A program made the translations under genes and the position numbers. Below are positions 9,537-18,081 of a stretch of 26,655 nucleotides of DNA, one piece after another (position 1 is the first letter of the stretch; every line of letters starts with the position of its first letter). The notes under the pieces were generated by a model, which was not told where the DNA came from, searched no databases, and saw nothing but the letters and a program-made list of their open reading frames with translations. This stretch comes from a candidate division WOR-3 bacterium (GTDB lineage: Bacteria > Hydrothermota > Tepidihabitantia > SM23-42 > JAOAFX01), in NCBI GenBank assembly GCA_037444665.1, contig JBBILZ010000037.1, positions 1 to 26,655 of the forward strand. Reading direction: 5' to 3'.

Positions 9537-11297
9537 TCAATCCTTTTTTGCTGATGAGATTGCATTGTGCTGGCACAATTGAACACATAGGTCACAACCT
9601 GAACAGAGTGTGGGTTCAATATATGCTACAGGCTTCTCTTTTGTTGAAATTTGCTTTAAACTTATTGCCGGACAACCAAGTCGCAGACACAATTTACAAC
9701 CATTGCAATTTTCTACATCAACAACAAGATATGGTTTTGGCTTTTTCAGGAGTGCACACAGATTACGAAAAACAAGCACGGTTACACCATTATAATTCAA
9801 TGCCTCTTTTATTGCCTGCTCAGTTTCTTTGAGATTGGTTGGGTCCACGACCCTTACAAATTCTACGCCACAACCACGAGCAACATCTTCAGGTAAGACC
9901 CTTTTGCCTTCTTCACCACGAGCAAGTTTTCCAGTTCCTGGATGTGGCTGGTGCCCGGTCATTGCAGTAGTTAAATTATCAAGAATAATAAGATTCAAAT
10001 TGCCTTTGTTATAGACTGCATTTAATAGACCAGTGACACCCGAGTGAAAGAATGTAGAATCACCGATAACTGCTACTAATCTTTTATTAATATCTTTACC
10101 ACCTGCCTTATCCATACCATGGGCATTGGTAACTGAAGCACCCATACAGATACAAGTATCCATTGCATTCAACGGTGGTAAAGCACCGAGCGTATAACAA
10201 CCAATATCACCCGTAGCAATAAGTTTAAGTTTATTTACTACATAGAAGACTCCACGCTCTGGACAACCAGGGCATAGCACTGGTGGCCTCTCTGGGATCT
10301 CCTTAATTGCTATATCCGGTCTATACACAGATTTTTTAAAACTTTTTTTTATCACTGTAGGGTCAAGTTCGCCACACAATGGAATCTTCTCTTTACCCAC
10401 AACATTTATTCCTAATGATTTTATCTCCTGCTGGAGAATCGGGTCTCCCTCCTCAATAACAAGAACCCTTTTCACACCACGGACAAATTTTCTTATCAAT
10501 TTTTCAGGCAGAGGGTATGTGAAAGATAATTTCAAAAAACTTGCCTCAGGAAAGACATCCTTGGCATGCATATATGCAATACCAGAACTTATTATTCCAA
10601 GATTTTTATCTTGCCACTCTATACGATTATAAAGAAATTCCTCAGCATAATCAGCAAGGTTTTTTAATCGTTCTTCAACTCTCTGATGTAGAACCCGCGC
10701 ATGCGCAGGTAGAACCAATCTTTTTTAATATCTTTTTGTATAGCCCTTCAAGGAAATCTCCTGCCTTGTCCCGAGTTCTACAATACCTGATGAGTGCGAA
10801 ATACGTGTGGTAAGCCTTAAAAGAAATACACTATCAAATCTTTCTGACAATTCAAAAGCCATCTTTGTAAATATCTTTGCTTCATTAGAATCTGAAGGTT
10901 CAAGCATCGGAATCTTTGCATGCCTTGCATAATGCCTATTGTCCTGTTCATTTTGTGAAGACCACATTCCCGGGTCATCACAGGTTACAATCACAAAACC
11001 ACCGGTCACACCAGTATAGCCGATTGTAAACATCGGGTCTGCAGCAACATTCAAACCTACATGCTTCATTGCAGTAATTGCCCGGGCACCGACAAAAGAT
11101 GCACCAGCACAGACTTCAAGTGCCACTTTTTCGTTCACTGACCATTCAGCATAAATTTCTGGATATTGAATAATATTCTCAAGAATCTCTGTTGAAGGTG
11201 TGCCTGGATATGCTGCAGCAAAATGGCAACCCGCCTCCCAGGCACCTCTGGCAACCGCTTCGTTGCCTGAAAGTATTTTTCTATTGCTATTCTTCAT
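9537..11297 (-). pseudogene. iorA: Indolepyruvate:ferredoxin oxidoreductase alpha subunit with an in-frame TAA at 10725-10727 (pseudogene or sequence error)
   Basis: N part (10725-11297): LSGNEAVARG, YPGTPSTE, NEKVALE, MKHVGLNVAAD, SSQNEQD. C part (9537-10718): RPPVLCPGCP, GDIGCY, IGDSTFFHSG and two ferredoxin CxxCxxC motifs. Both parts are in the same frame, 6 nt apart. Confidence 0.88.
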
Positions 11298-11305
11298 AAT
11301 ACGAG

Positions 11306-11333
11306 ATTATACTTAGAAATTAACCCGGGTCAA
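11306..11333 (-). promoter_or_regulatory. Sigma70-like promoter of iorAB (near-leaderless)
   Basis: TTGACC (11333-11328), 16 nt, TATAAT (11311-11306). ATG follows 8 nt later with no SD. Confidence 0.7.
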
Positions 11334-11393
11334 TACTACGATATTACCCCAAATAATCTTAGTTAGAATGCTGCTTAAAATAGTGGGGATTTC

Positions 11394-12743
11394 TCAAAAA
11401 TTTATTGAAATGATACTATTTTTTGATGGAATTTGATAAATATATGAAATTCCAAAACCAAGCAATCCTTCAGGTCGGATGTATAAATTACCCTGTTTGT
11501 TAGATTTGCCTTCCTTTATAATATTAGCAGTTACAAATGCACCTGCAATATCGCCAATCAAGAGCCCTGTAAAATAAGCCCTTCCCTCTTCAATATGTGC
11601 TAAATAAACGAGTCCCAATCCAGTTAATGCACCAGCAGCACCACCTAAAGTAATTATGTTTCCATCAGACTCACTAAAATTCTTTTCTTTAATAATCTTA
11701 TAACCAATGAATGAACCGAGACCAAGCCCTGCCAGACCTGCGGATATATACATTTTCTCAGAAATTCTTCCACCTTCTTTTGTATCTGCCCAGGACAGAG
11801 CTATTGGCAGAGCAATACCGCCAGCAATACCGCAATGGCCAAAGATGTAGTGGTCGCCATCATCAAGGTCAAGATTTCTTGTCGCTGATGCACCGGCAAA
11901 GAGCCCAGTACCAAAACCAACAATGGAAATTGATAGATAATGTTTTGCATCAAATCTGGGGTCTGACCAATTATCAAATAACGCGAGCGTGCCGGCTGCA
12001 CCAGCACCAGCGAAATCACCAAATAATAGAATTGTATTTCCGCGCCCCATATTCAAATTAAATCTATTTACCGATTGGAAACCTAAATATTCACCAATCA
12101 CACTGCCACAGGCAGTGAAAAGACCTCCTGGTCCTTCCCAGAAATCAACACCAGAAATCGTGCTCAATGCGCCCGCAATATAAAGTCCATGTATTCCACC
12201 TGAAAAAAACATACTGGCGTGTGCCTTTGAAACATCACAATTTCTGGTCAGCATTAAAGGAATTGCAAATCCTGAGGCACTGGTAAGCATATAGATAGCA
12301 AGACCCGTGCGGAAATCATTCGGGCCCAAACTCGCCACTACCAGCGGAGCCTGCGCTGCATACGCAAAAAGGAAAGAATTACCGAGAAAATTTCTATAGC
12401 CTGAGCGGTCATAGACAACTTCTAATTTTTTCTTTTCCGTAACCAAAGCAATCTGTTCTTGAATTATTGAGATATCTTCAGTCTTTATTTTTGTTCGTTC
12501 TCTTATGATACTGCCGTTCTTTTTTGTATAGATCTCCAGTATAAAAGATGAATCAGGTTGCAAAAATAATTGTGCATTTTGCGCATCTGGATAATCCTTG
12601 AAAAAATCAAGCTGGTGAAGAAGTGTATAATCAATTTCATAGATATTCCCTTCAGTATCAAAAGGCATCTGCACCTCGTAGTATATCTGATTTGAATCAA
12701 TCTGGCTTATAACAAAAAAGCAGATAACTTCTATACCAAACAT
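11394..12743 (-). CDS. Hypothetical envelope protein with many Gly-rich hydrophobic helices
   Basis: 449-aa ORF: soluble acidic N-domain, repeated GxxxG-rich hydrophobic segments, C-terminal strand ending in Phe. Confidence 0.75.
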   Translation of the reverse strand: MFGIEVICFFVISQIDSNQIYYEVQMPFDTEGNIYEIDYTLLHQLDFFKDYPDAQNAQLFLQPDSSFILEIYTKKNGSIIRERTKIKTEDISIIQEQIALVTEKKKLEVVYDRSGYRNFLGNSFLFAYAAQAPLVVASLGPNDFRTGLAIYMLTSASGFAIPLMLTRNCDVSKAHASMFFSGGIHGLYIAGALSTISGVDFWEGPGGLFTACGSVIGEYLGFQSVNRFNLNMGRGNTILLFGDFAGAGAAGTLALFDNWSDPRFDAKHYLSISIVGFGTGLFAGASATRNLDLDDGDHYIFGHCGIAGGIALPIALSWADTKEGGRISEKMYISAGLAGLGLGSFIGYKIIKEKNFSESDGNIITLGGAAGALTGLGLVYLAHIEEGRAYFTGLLIGDIAGAFVTANIIKEGKSNKQGNLYIRPEGLLGFGISYIYQIPSKNSIISINF

Positions 12744-12748
12744 ATTAG

Positions 12749-12776
12749 ATTATAAAGCATTTTTTTTAAAAGTCAA
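12749..12776 (-). promoter_or_regulatory. Sigma70-like promoter, leaderless
   Basis: TTGACT (12776-12771), 16 nt, TATAAT (12754-12749). ATG follows 5 nt later. Confidence 0.75.
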
Positions 12777-12807
12777 TAGAAGGTCCGCTTTGTTGTGCAT
12801 ATCTCCC

Positions 12808-12835
12808 TTGACATAATAAATTATTTTATTATAAT
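12808..12835 (+). promoter_or_regulatory. Sigma70-like promoter, leaderless
   Basis: TTGACA (12808-12813), 16 nt, TATAAT (12830-12835). ATG at 12841, 5 nt later. Confidence 0.8.
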
Positions 12836-12840
12836 TTAAT

Positions 12841-13422
12841 ATGATACTATTTTCACTTATCACAAGTCTGTTAAATCCCTATGTTTCTGCCAATATTCTT
12901 GCGACTGATGAATATACTGATGATTATCTCAACCATCTATACCAATTTGGAATAGAGAATAGATTTTCTAATAAAAATTTAGGTTGGGCAATATATATTG
13001 ACTATTTTTATAATAGTAATTATCCATTGAGCAACTCATACTTTATCAAATCCGGTTTACCAGTAACATTGAATGCCTCAGGCACAGGTATACAATTAAA
13101 ATATCTTGCAATGGAAAATATTGAATTTAATATTGGACTCGGTTATTATACAGGAAATGTTTCTTACCCTTTACTTGAAGATAGTGGCAGGGTGGTCAAA
13201 AAAACTGACCAGCGCAGTTCAATGGGGATATGTCTGGGTGTAAATTTTATGCAAAAATTTGGCAGAATAACCTGCGGATTAAGAATTTATACAAATCTTA
13301 TTGGATTTGAAGCAAAAGAACATCCTATGTGGTATGAATACTACAAACGTTCAATAGATTATGCCTCTCTAAACACCGTGGGTTTTGGTTTAATCTTGGG
13401 ATTAAACAGGAGCCAAAAATAA
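12841..13422 (+). CDS. Hypothetical protein, probable small outer-membrane beta-barrel
   Basis: Alternating amphipathic Gly/aromatic strands (WAIYIDYF, FNIGLGYY, GICLGVNF, GFGLILGL) over 193 aa. Confidence 0.6.
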   Translation: MILFSLITSLLNPYVSANILATDEYTDDYLNHLYQFGIENRFSNKNLGWAIYIDYFYNSNYPLSNSYFIKSGLPVTLNASGTGIQLKYLAMENIEFNIGLGYYTGNVSYPLLEDSGRVVKKTDQRSSMGICLGVNFMQKFGRITCGLRIYTNLIGFEAKEHPMWYEYYKRSIDYASLNTVGFGLILGLNRSQK

Positions 13423-14396
13423 TGAAAAAATTACTGTTATTATTAGTTATAGGATATATGCTCTGGGCTGATGGAGGTATAATTCCAACACAAAACCACG
13501 AGATCTATGGAGAAGACCAGGTCGCCATAATAAAGATTCTCCCGGATTCTGAGGAATTATCAATACTTGTTAAATTCAATCGGGTTACAGAAAATCAGGG
13601 CTTTGCCTGGATTATTCCTCTGCCTGCACTGCCTGAAGTAGATGGTGTGGAAGAGAGTCTATTTATTAATCTTTCCGCACTTAACGGAATGAAGCGGAAT
13701 TATGGCGGGTGTGGAGCAGGTTATTATGATTATGAATACGGCGGGGATTATTTTGAGGTAATAGCATTACAAACCATCGGTTTTTTACAAACAGTTTTAA
13801 TACAGACCGATGACCCGGATTCATTAACCAACTGGTTAATTACAAATGGTTATGAATTACCGGATGGCATCACAGAGATTTTTCAGGACTATATAGCTCG
13901 CCAGTGGCAATACTTTTTTATTGCCCGTGCTGATACTTCTTTACCATATTATTATTATGCTAATACCGGAGTCCGTCTCAAATTTGCGACAGATACGATT
14001 GTTTATCCTATGAGAATCTCTTCAATTTCATCATCAATGGATGCTACATTATATTTATATGTAATTGGAGAACACAAAATGTTTTTTGATGATGCAGAAC
14101 TATTATATGCCAACAGAATTTCTAAAGATGAACTTTCTGCAATTGAAGAAGACCTGCCCTATCTTTTCAAATATATTAAAGAGGGTGATTATATCACCAA
14201 ACTGCGCTGTGTCTATGAGCAACCATCCCAGATGAACTCAGATATCGTAATTTATCAATCACCAGATGACATTGAATACCGCACAGAAGAACTCTGGTAT
14301 TTTGGCTTTGCCAATAGTATTTTAATGCCGCTACTCATTTACGCACTTTATATGGGCATTATAAAAATTAAAAAGAAATGCCGACCAAAAAATTAA
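13422..14396 (+). CDS. DUF2330-family protein
   Basis: Signal peptide; FAWIIPLP, L--WL--NGY and YPMRISS motifs; C-terminal TM anchor. 1-nt overlap with the upstream stop (TAATG). Confidence 0.75.
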   Translation: MKKLLLLLVIGYMLWADGGIIPTQNHEIYGEDQVAIIKILPDSEELSILVKFNRVTENQGFAWIIPLPALPEVDGVEESLFINLSALNGMKRNYGGCGAGYYDYEYGGDYFEVIALQTIGFLQTVLIQTDDPDSLTNWLITNGYELPDGITEIFQDYIARQWQYFFIARADTSLPYYYYANTGVRLKFATDTIVYPMRISSISSSMDATLYLYVIGEHKMFFDDAELLYANRISKDELSAIEEDLPYLFKYIKEGDYITKLRCVYEQPSQMNSDIVIYQSPDDIEYRTEELWYFGFANSILMPLLIYALYMGIIKIKKKCRPKN

Positions 14397-14471
14397 ACAT
14401 ACAATACGCACAAATAGCTTATAAAATTAAAGTCTCAGATAAACTATTTTTAAAAATAATGTCAAACCAAT

Positions 14472-14530
14472 GTAGTTGCCCAATTTATTGGGCCCTTATT
14501 ATTGCAATGCTTGATAAATCAAGCAACTAC
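14472..14530. repeat. Inverted pair of GTAG-type REP palindromes
   Basis: GTAGTTGCCCAATTTATTGGGC (14472-14493) and, on the - strand, GTAGTTGCTTGATTTATCAAGC (14530-14509). Confidence 0.8.
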
Positions 14531-14571
14531 CTTTTATAATGGTTAAACTATTGCAAATTAAAGGGGAATAA

Positions 14572-15420
14572 TTGAAAAAACCTGATTGGTTAAAAATCAA
14601 ACTCCCTGCTGGGAAAGAATTTAAAGCGGTTTCTGCACTTCTCAAAGATTATAACCTTTCCACAGTTTGCCAGGAAGCACGCTGTCCAAACATTGGTGAA
14701 TGCTGGGCAAGGAAAAGTGCTACGATTATGATTTTGGGCAAAGTTTGTACCCGAGCCTGCAGGTTCTGCGCAGTAACAACCGGAAATCCAAAAGGTTATT
14801 TAAACCCTGAAGAGCCTGAAAATGTTGCAAATGTTATTAAAGGACTCGGCTTAAGATATGTAGTCATTACATCTGTTGACCGGGACGACCTTGATGATTC
14901 AGGTAGTAGCCATTATGCCCGGACTATCCTGGCAATAAAAGAAAAAAATCCATACACAAAAATTGAAGTCTTAATTCCTGATTTTAATTGCCGAGAAGAA
15001 TTCCTGAAAAACATTGTTGAAGCAAAACCTTTTGTGCTTGGCCATAACCTTGAAACGGTTAGAAGATTAACACCCTTTATCCGGGATAAACGATGTGGTT
15101 ATGAAAAATCCTTACAAGTTTTAAAGATAGCAAAACAGATGGATTCAAATATTTTGACCAAGAGTGGTTTTATGCTTGGACTGGGTGAAGAAAAGGAAGA
15201 GATTAAAGAGACTCTGAAGGATTTAAAGAATGCAGGAGTTGACATTGTAACAATCGGCCAGTATCTCCAGCCCACAAAAAAGCACATCCCGGTCCAGAAA
15301 TACTACACACCAGAAGAATTTAAAAAATTTAAAGAAATCGGTGAGTCAATGGGTATAAAATATATTTTCAGTGGACCTCTTGTCCGTTCCTCCTACCACG
15401 CCTCAGAAATATTGAAGTAG
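14572..15420 (+). CDS. lipA: Lipoyl synthase
   Basis: KPDWLK, CQEARCPNIGEC (CX4CX5C), CTRACRFC radical-SAM motif, HNLETV, GQYLQP and RSSY. Confidence 0.97.
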   Translation: MKKPDWLKIKLPAGKEFKAVSALLKDYNLSTVCQEARCPNIGECWARKSATIMILGKVCTRACRFCAVTTGNPKGYLNPEEPENVANVIKGLGLRYVVITSVDRDDLDDSGSSHYARTILAIKEKNPYTKIEVLIPDFNCREEFLKNIVEAKPFVLGHNLETVRRLTPFIRDKRCGYEKSLQVLKIAKQMDSNILTKSGFMLGLGEEKEEIKETLKDLKNAGVDIVTIGQYLQPTKKHIPVQKYYTPEEFKKFKEIGESMGIKYIFSGPLVRSSYHASEILK

Positions 15421-15463
15421 TTTTTTTACCCACGAATTTCTGAATGAGGCATTTTTAGAAAAT

Positions 15464-15485
15464 GTAGTAGCAGAGTTCACTCTGC
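15464..15485 (+). repeat. GTAG-type REP palindrome
   Basis: GTAGTA-GCAGAG-TTCA-CTCTGC. Confidence 0.7.
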
Positions 15486-15537
15486 AAAAATAACGCATTG
15501 TTCGATAAGGTTACAAAAATGAAACTTGCAGGTTTTT

Positions 15538-15840
15538 CTAACAAAAATCTATGGAATCATAGTCGTCTTCGGTCATACCATATTTTTGTAACATCTTGAA
15601 GTTCTCAAGCAAAGCACCTCTTTCTTGATGATAATCTTCAGGATGATACATTGTAACAGAATAACCATAACTTGACAGTAAAGTTTTAAGGTCCTTTTTA
15701 TTCATCTTATCTACTTTTAGGTCAGGACAGTATTCTTCAATCGCTAATAAAAGGTTTTCTAATGCCTCTTCTGCCGTAATCAAAAGAACAGGCTCCTCAG
15801 GATTGATACCTGCCTTTTTTAATATCTTTAACGCATCCAT
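15538..15840 (-). CDS. Hypothetical acidic protein, 100 aa, third gene of the RM cassette
   Basis: GGAGG SD; starts 9 nt after the HNH gene stop; no recognisable motif. Confidence 0.75.
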   Translation of the reverse strand: MDALKILKKAGINPEEPVLLITAEEALENLLLAIEEYCPDLKVDKMNKKDLKTLLSSYGYSVTMYHPEDYHQERGALLENFKMLQKYGMTEDDYDSIDFC

Positions 15841-15849
15841 AATACCCTC

Positions 15850-16449
15850 CTAACTATTATTATGATTTGGTCTTGGAATATGAGAATTTATATTTTTTTC
15901 ATCGTATACATCAAAAATTTGTTTACAAAAGTTAATCATTCGGTGATCTCCGATAGCAACTGCTTTCTCATAAAGTTTTATAAAATATCTTTTGCCTGCT
16001 TCAGTTTGCGAATAATTTTTCTTCATAAGATTATGCTCCATACACAAGGTCTGGCCGTTTTCTATGGTGTTAGTACCACCTCTATCTTTCGGCTTTATAT
16101 GATCAACACATAATTCTACTCCATCTTCTATCCCTCTTCCACAGACCACACACCTAAAATTATCTCTTTTAAAAATATCTTCTTTTTGCTCAGGAGAAAA
16201 TTCGAAAACTTCTACTTTTTTAATTAATGCGGGGTCATATCTATATATCCCCTTTTTTACTTTTATCAATATACCTTTTTGATGGAACTTTCTGATTTGT
16301 CTCCAAATATCACGTGGTTTTTTGCCATAAAGTTTTAAATATCGTACCTCAACCCAGTCAACTACAGGACCATGTTTTAAATCGCAATTAGGATATTTTT
16401 TGAAATACTCAAGAACCAAATCTCCTATAGTTTTATTTCTTTGCTTCAT
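15850..16449 (-). CDS. HNH endonuclease, putative type II restriction enzyme
   Basis: FKRDNFRCVVCG...VDHIKPKDRGG-N-IENGQTLCMEHNLMK; basic N-terminal domain; ATGA overlap with the methyltransferase. Confidence 0.88.
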   Translation of the reverse strand: MKQRNKTIGDLVLEYFKKYPNCDLKHGPVVDWVEVRYLKLYGKKPRDIWRQIRKFHQKGILIKVKKGIYRYDPALIKKVEVFEFSPEQKEDIFKRDNFRCVVCGRGIEDGVELCVDHIKPKDRGGTNTIENGQTLCMEHNLMKKNYSQTEAGKRYFIKLYEKAVAIGDHRMINFCKQIFDVYDEKNINSHIPRPNHNNS

Positions 16450-17318
16450 ACCATTATTTTCTGAAACTTTAATTGCTCTATGCTACCTTCTTTTATTATT
16501 CTATTTTTCGCTAATTCACAATAAGCGGTATCAATTTCAACACCGATACCACAACGATTAGTTTGCAGACAACCAATCAACGTTGTACCGCTACCGAGAA
16601 ATGGGTCAAGAATCGTATCGCCAACGTAGCTAAACAATTTTATACAACGCTTAGGTAATTCAACAGGAAAAGGTGCAGGATGCCCAACCCGTTTTTTACT
16701 TTCACCTATAAAAGTCCAAACACCATTGGTCCATTCCAAAAATTCTTTTCGCGTTATATCAGAAACACCATTATTAATTTTTCTCCACTGCTTTTTGTAT
16801 AAAACAATAATTACTTCAACCGGTGCAATTACGTATGGAGCCCGCGCAGAAAGCCATGACCCCCAAGCAGTTCGGCGCGATATATTTTGTTCATTCCAGA
16901 TGATTGTAGAATGGTATTTCCAGCCAATCTTTTTGGCGATTGTAGTTATATCAGCACATACACTCTGTTGACCCCCTTTATTTTTATCGAGCGGTACATT
17001 TAGACAAAATCTTCCATCATCTTTTGTCAGGTCATAACACACGACTAAATATTCTTTTGTAAATTTCAAATAGTCATCGTAAGTCATACGATCGTTGTGA
17101 ACCCCATATTTGATATCAACATTATACGGTGGTGAAGTTACTATCAAATCAATACTGCTTTCTTTAATAGTCTTTATTTTTAGAATATCCTCATTATAAA
17201 TATATATTTTATCCGTTTTGAAATATAGATTATTATAACTTTGAATTGTTTCTGAAACCTTATTAATTTTATTACTGCTTTTCTTTTTATTTATGTATTT
17301 ATTTGTCCTGGTAGCCAT
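16446..17318 (-). CDS. Site-specific DNA methyltransferase, beta class (N4-C/N6-A)
   Basis: TSPPY motif IV precedes HPAPFP and DPFLGSGTT motif I. Confidence 0.93.
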   Translation of the reverse strand: MATRTNKYINKKKSSNKINKVSETIQSYNNLYFKTDKIYIYNEDILKIKTIKESSIDLIVTSPPYNVDIKYGVHNDRMTYDDYLKFTKEYLVVCYDLTKDDGRFCLNVPLDKNKGGQQSVCADITTIAKKIGWKYHSTIIWNEQNISRRTAWGSWLSARAPYVIAPVEVIIVLYKKQWRKINNGVSDITRKEFLEWTNGVWTFIGESKKRVGHPAPFPVELPKRCIKLFSYVGDTILDPFLGSGTTLIGCLQTNRCGIGVEIDTAYCELAKNRIIKEGSIEQLKFQKIMV

Positions 17319-17326
17319 ATACAGAA

Positions 17327-17354
17327 ATTATATATAAAATTTTTCAATATGCAA
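17327..17354 (-). promoter_or_regulatory. Sigma70-like promoter of the methyltransferase (near-leaderless)
   Basis: TTGCAT (17354-17349), 16 nt, TATAAT (17332-17327). ATG follows 8 nt later with no SD. Confidence 0.55.
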
Positions 17355-17441
17355 CAAAATTTTTCCGTTAACACCTTCCATATCAATAAAAATACTACTG
17401 CCTGTCTCTGGATTTTTGATTTCAATCAGGTAAGGTTCCAT
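17328..17441 (-). CDS. Small ORF, 37 aa (MEPYLIEIKNPETGSSIFIDMEGVNGKILLHIEKFYI), possible truncated gene
   Basis: Translated by hand. GGAGG SD 5 nt upstream. Own promoter TTGAAA (17494-17489), 16 nt, TATAAT (17472-17467). Confidence 0.55.
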   Translation of the reverse strand: MEPYLIEIKNPETGSSIFIDMEGVNGKILLHIEKFYI

Positions 17442-17513
17442 TTATTCCTCCAGGTATCTGATATTTATTATATTTATAATTCACACAGTTTCAAGATATT
17501 TTTTCTATGATTC

Positions 17514-17822
17514 TTACCAATTTTTCTGGCGCATTCTATTTACAAAATTCTCAAGATTGCTGCAGATTTCAAAAATGGCATCATCTTTAATCCAATAAAT
17601 TTTCTCTTTGCCTTTTGTTTCATATCTCACGATATCAACATTCCTCAATGTTCTCAAAGTTGCTGATACGAGGGGCACAGAAATTCCCATTTCATCAGCA
17701 ATACCTCCTGGTGTCTTATGTTTTCCATGCAAGAGTTTCAAAATTTGATATGCAGTTGGATTTCCTAAAACTCGGCAAACCCTTGAAGCCCTGTAATCTG
17801 TTTCCTGCATCCTTCTTCTCAT
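17514..17822 (-). CDS. ArsR/SmtB-family winged-helix transcriptional regulator
   Basis: LGNPTAYQILKLL, IADEMGISVPLVSATLRTLRNVDIV and G-E--Y. Start placed at ATG 17822, just downstream of the -10 box. Confidence 0.85.
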   Translation of the reverse strand: MRRRMQETDYRASRVCRVLGNPTAYQILKLLHGKHKTPGGIADEMGISVPLVSATLRTLRNVDIVRYETKGKEKIYWIKDDAIFEICSNLENFVNRMRQKNW

Positions 17823-17829
17823 ATATCTC

Positions 17830-17857
17830 ATTATACACAAATTTCAGGTGCAGTCAA
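17830..17857 (-). promoter_or_regulatory. Sigma70-like promoter of the ArsR gene, leaderless
   Basis: TTGACT (17857-17852), 16 nt, TATAAT (17835-17830). ATG follows 7 nt later. Confidence 0.7.
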
Positions 17858-17872
17858 TAGACAATTAAACAT

Positions 17873-17904
17873 TTAAACAATTAAATAATTATTTAATTGT
17901 TTAA
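17873..17904. promoter_or_regulatory. Perfect 32-bp palindrome, candidate ArsR operator
   Basis: TTAAACAATTAAATAA|TTATTTAATTGTTTAA, preceded by related 8-mers from 17861. Confidence 0.55.
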
Positions 17905-18020
17905 GTAAGGTTGTGGAAAAAGTCTTGTTCTTTAACCTTGAGCCTGTTTTAGGAGCTAAAAAATCTATATAGCATTAGCTTTTATGGATGCTAAAATAGA
18001 ATTGCCCTGATGAAATTGAT

Positions 18021-18081
18021 ATGCTGAAATGAATTCAACATGACACGGTTCAGAGTGATACTTTCAGGGTTCAGGATGGCA
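18021..18081. repeat. Degenerate TGACA-ended palindromic repeat cluster
   Basis: ATGCTGAA-ATGAA-TTCAACAT-GACA hairpin, plus related half units TTCAGAGTGATA (18049-18060) and TTCAGGATGGCA (18070-18081). Confidence 0.55.

Noticed and set aside
17908..17924. AGGTTGTGGAAAAAGTC resembling an IS terminal inverted repeat
   Set aside because: No partner repeat or transposase fragment was found, and the resemblance is from memory only.
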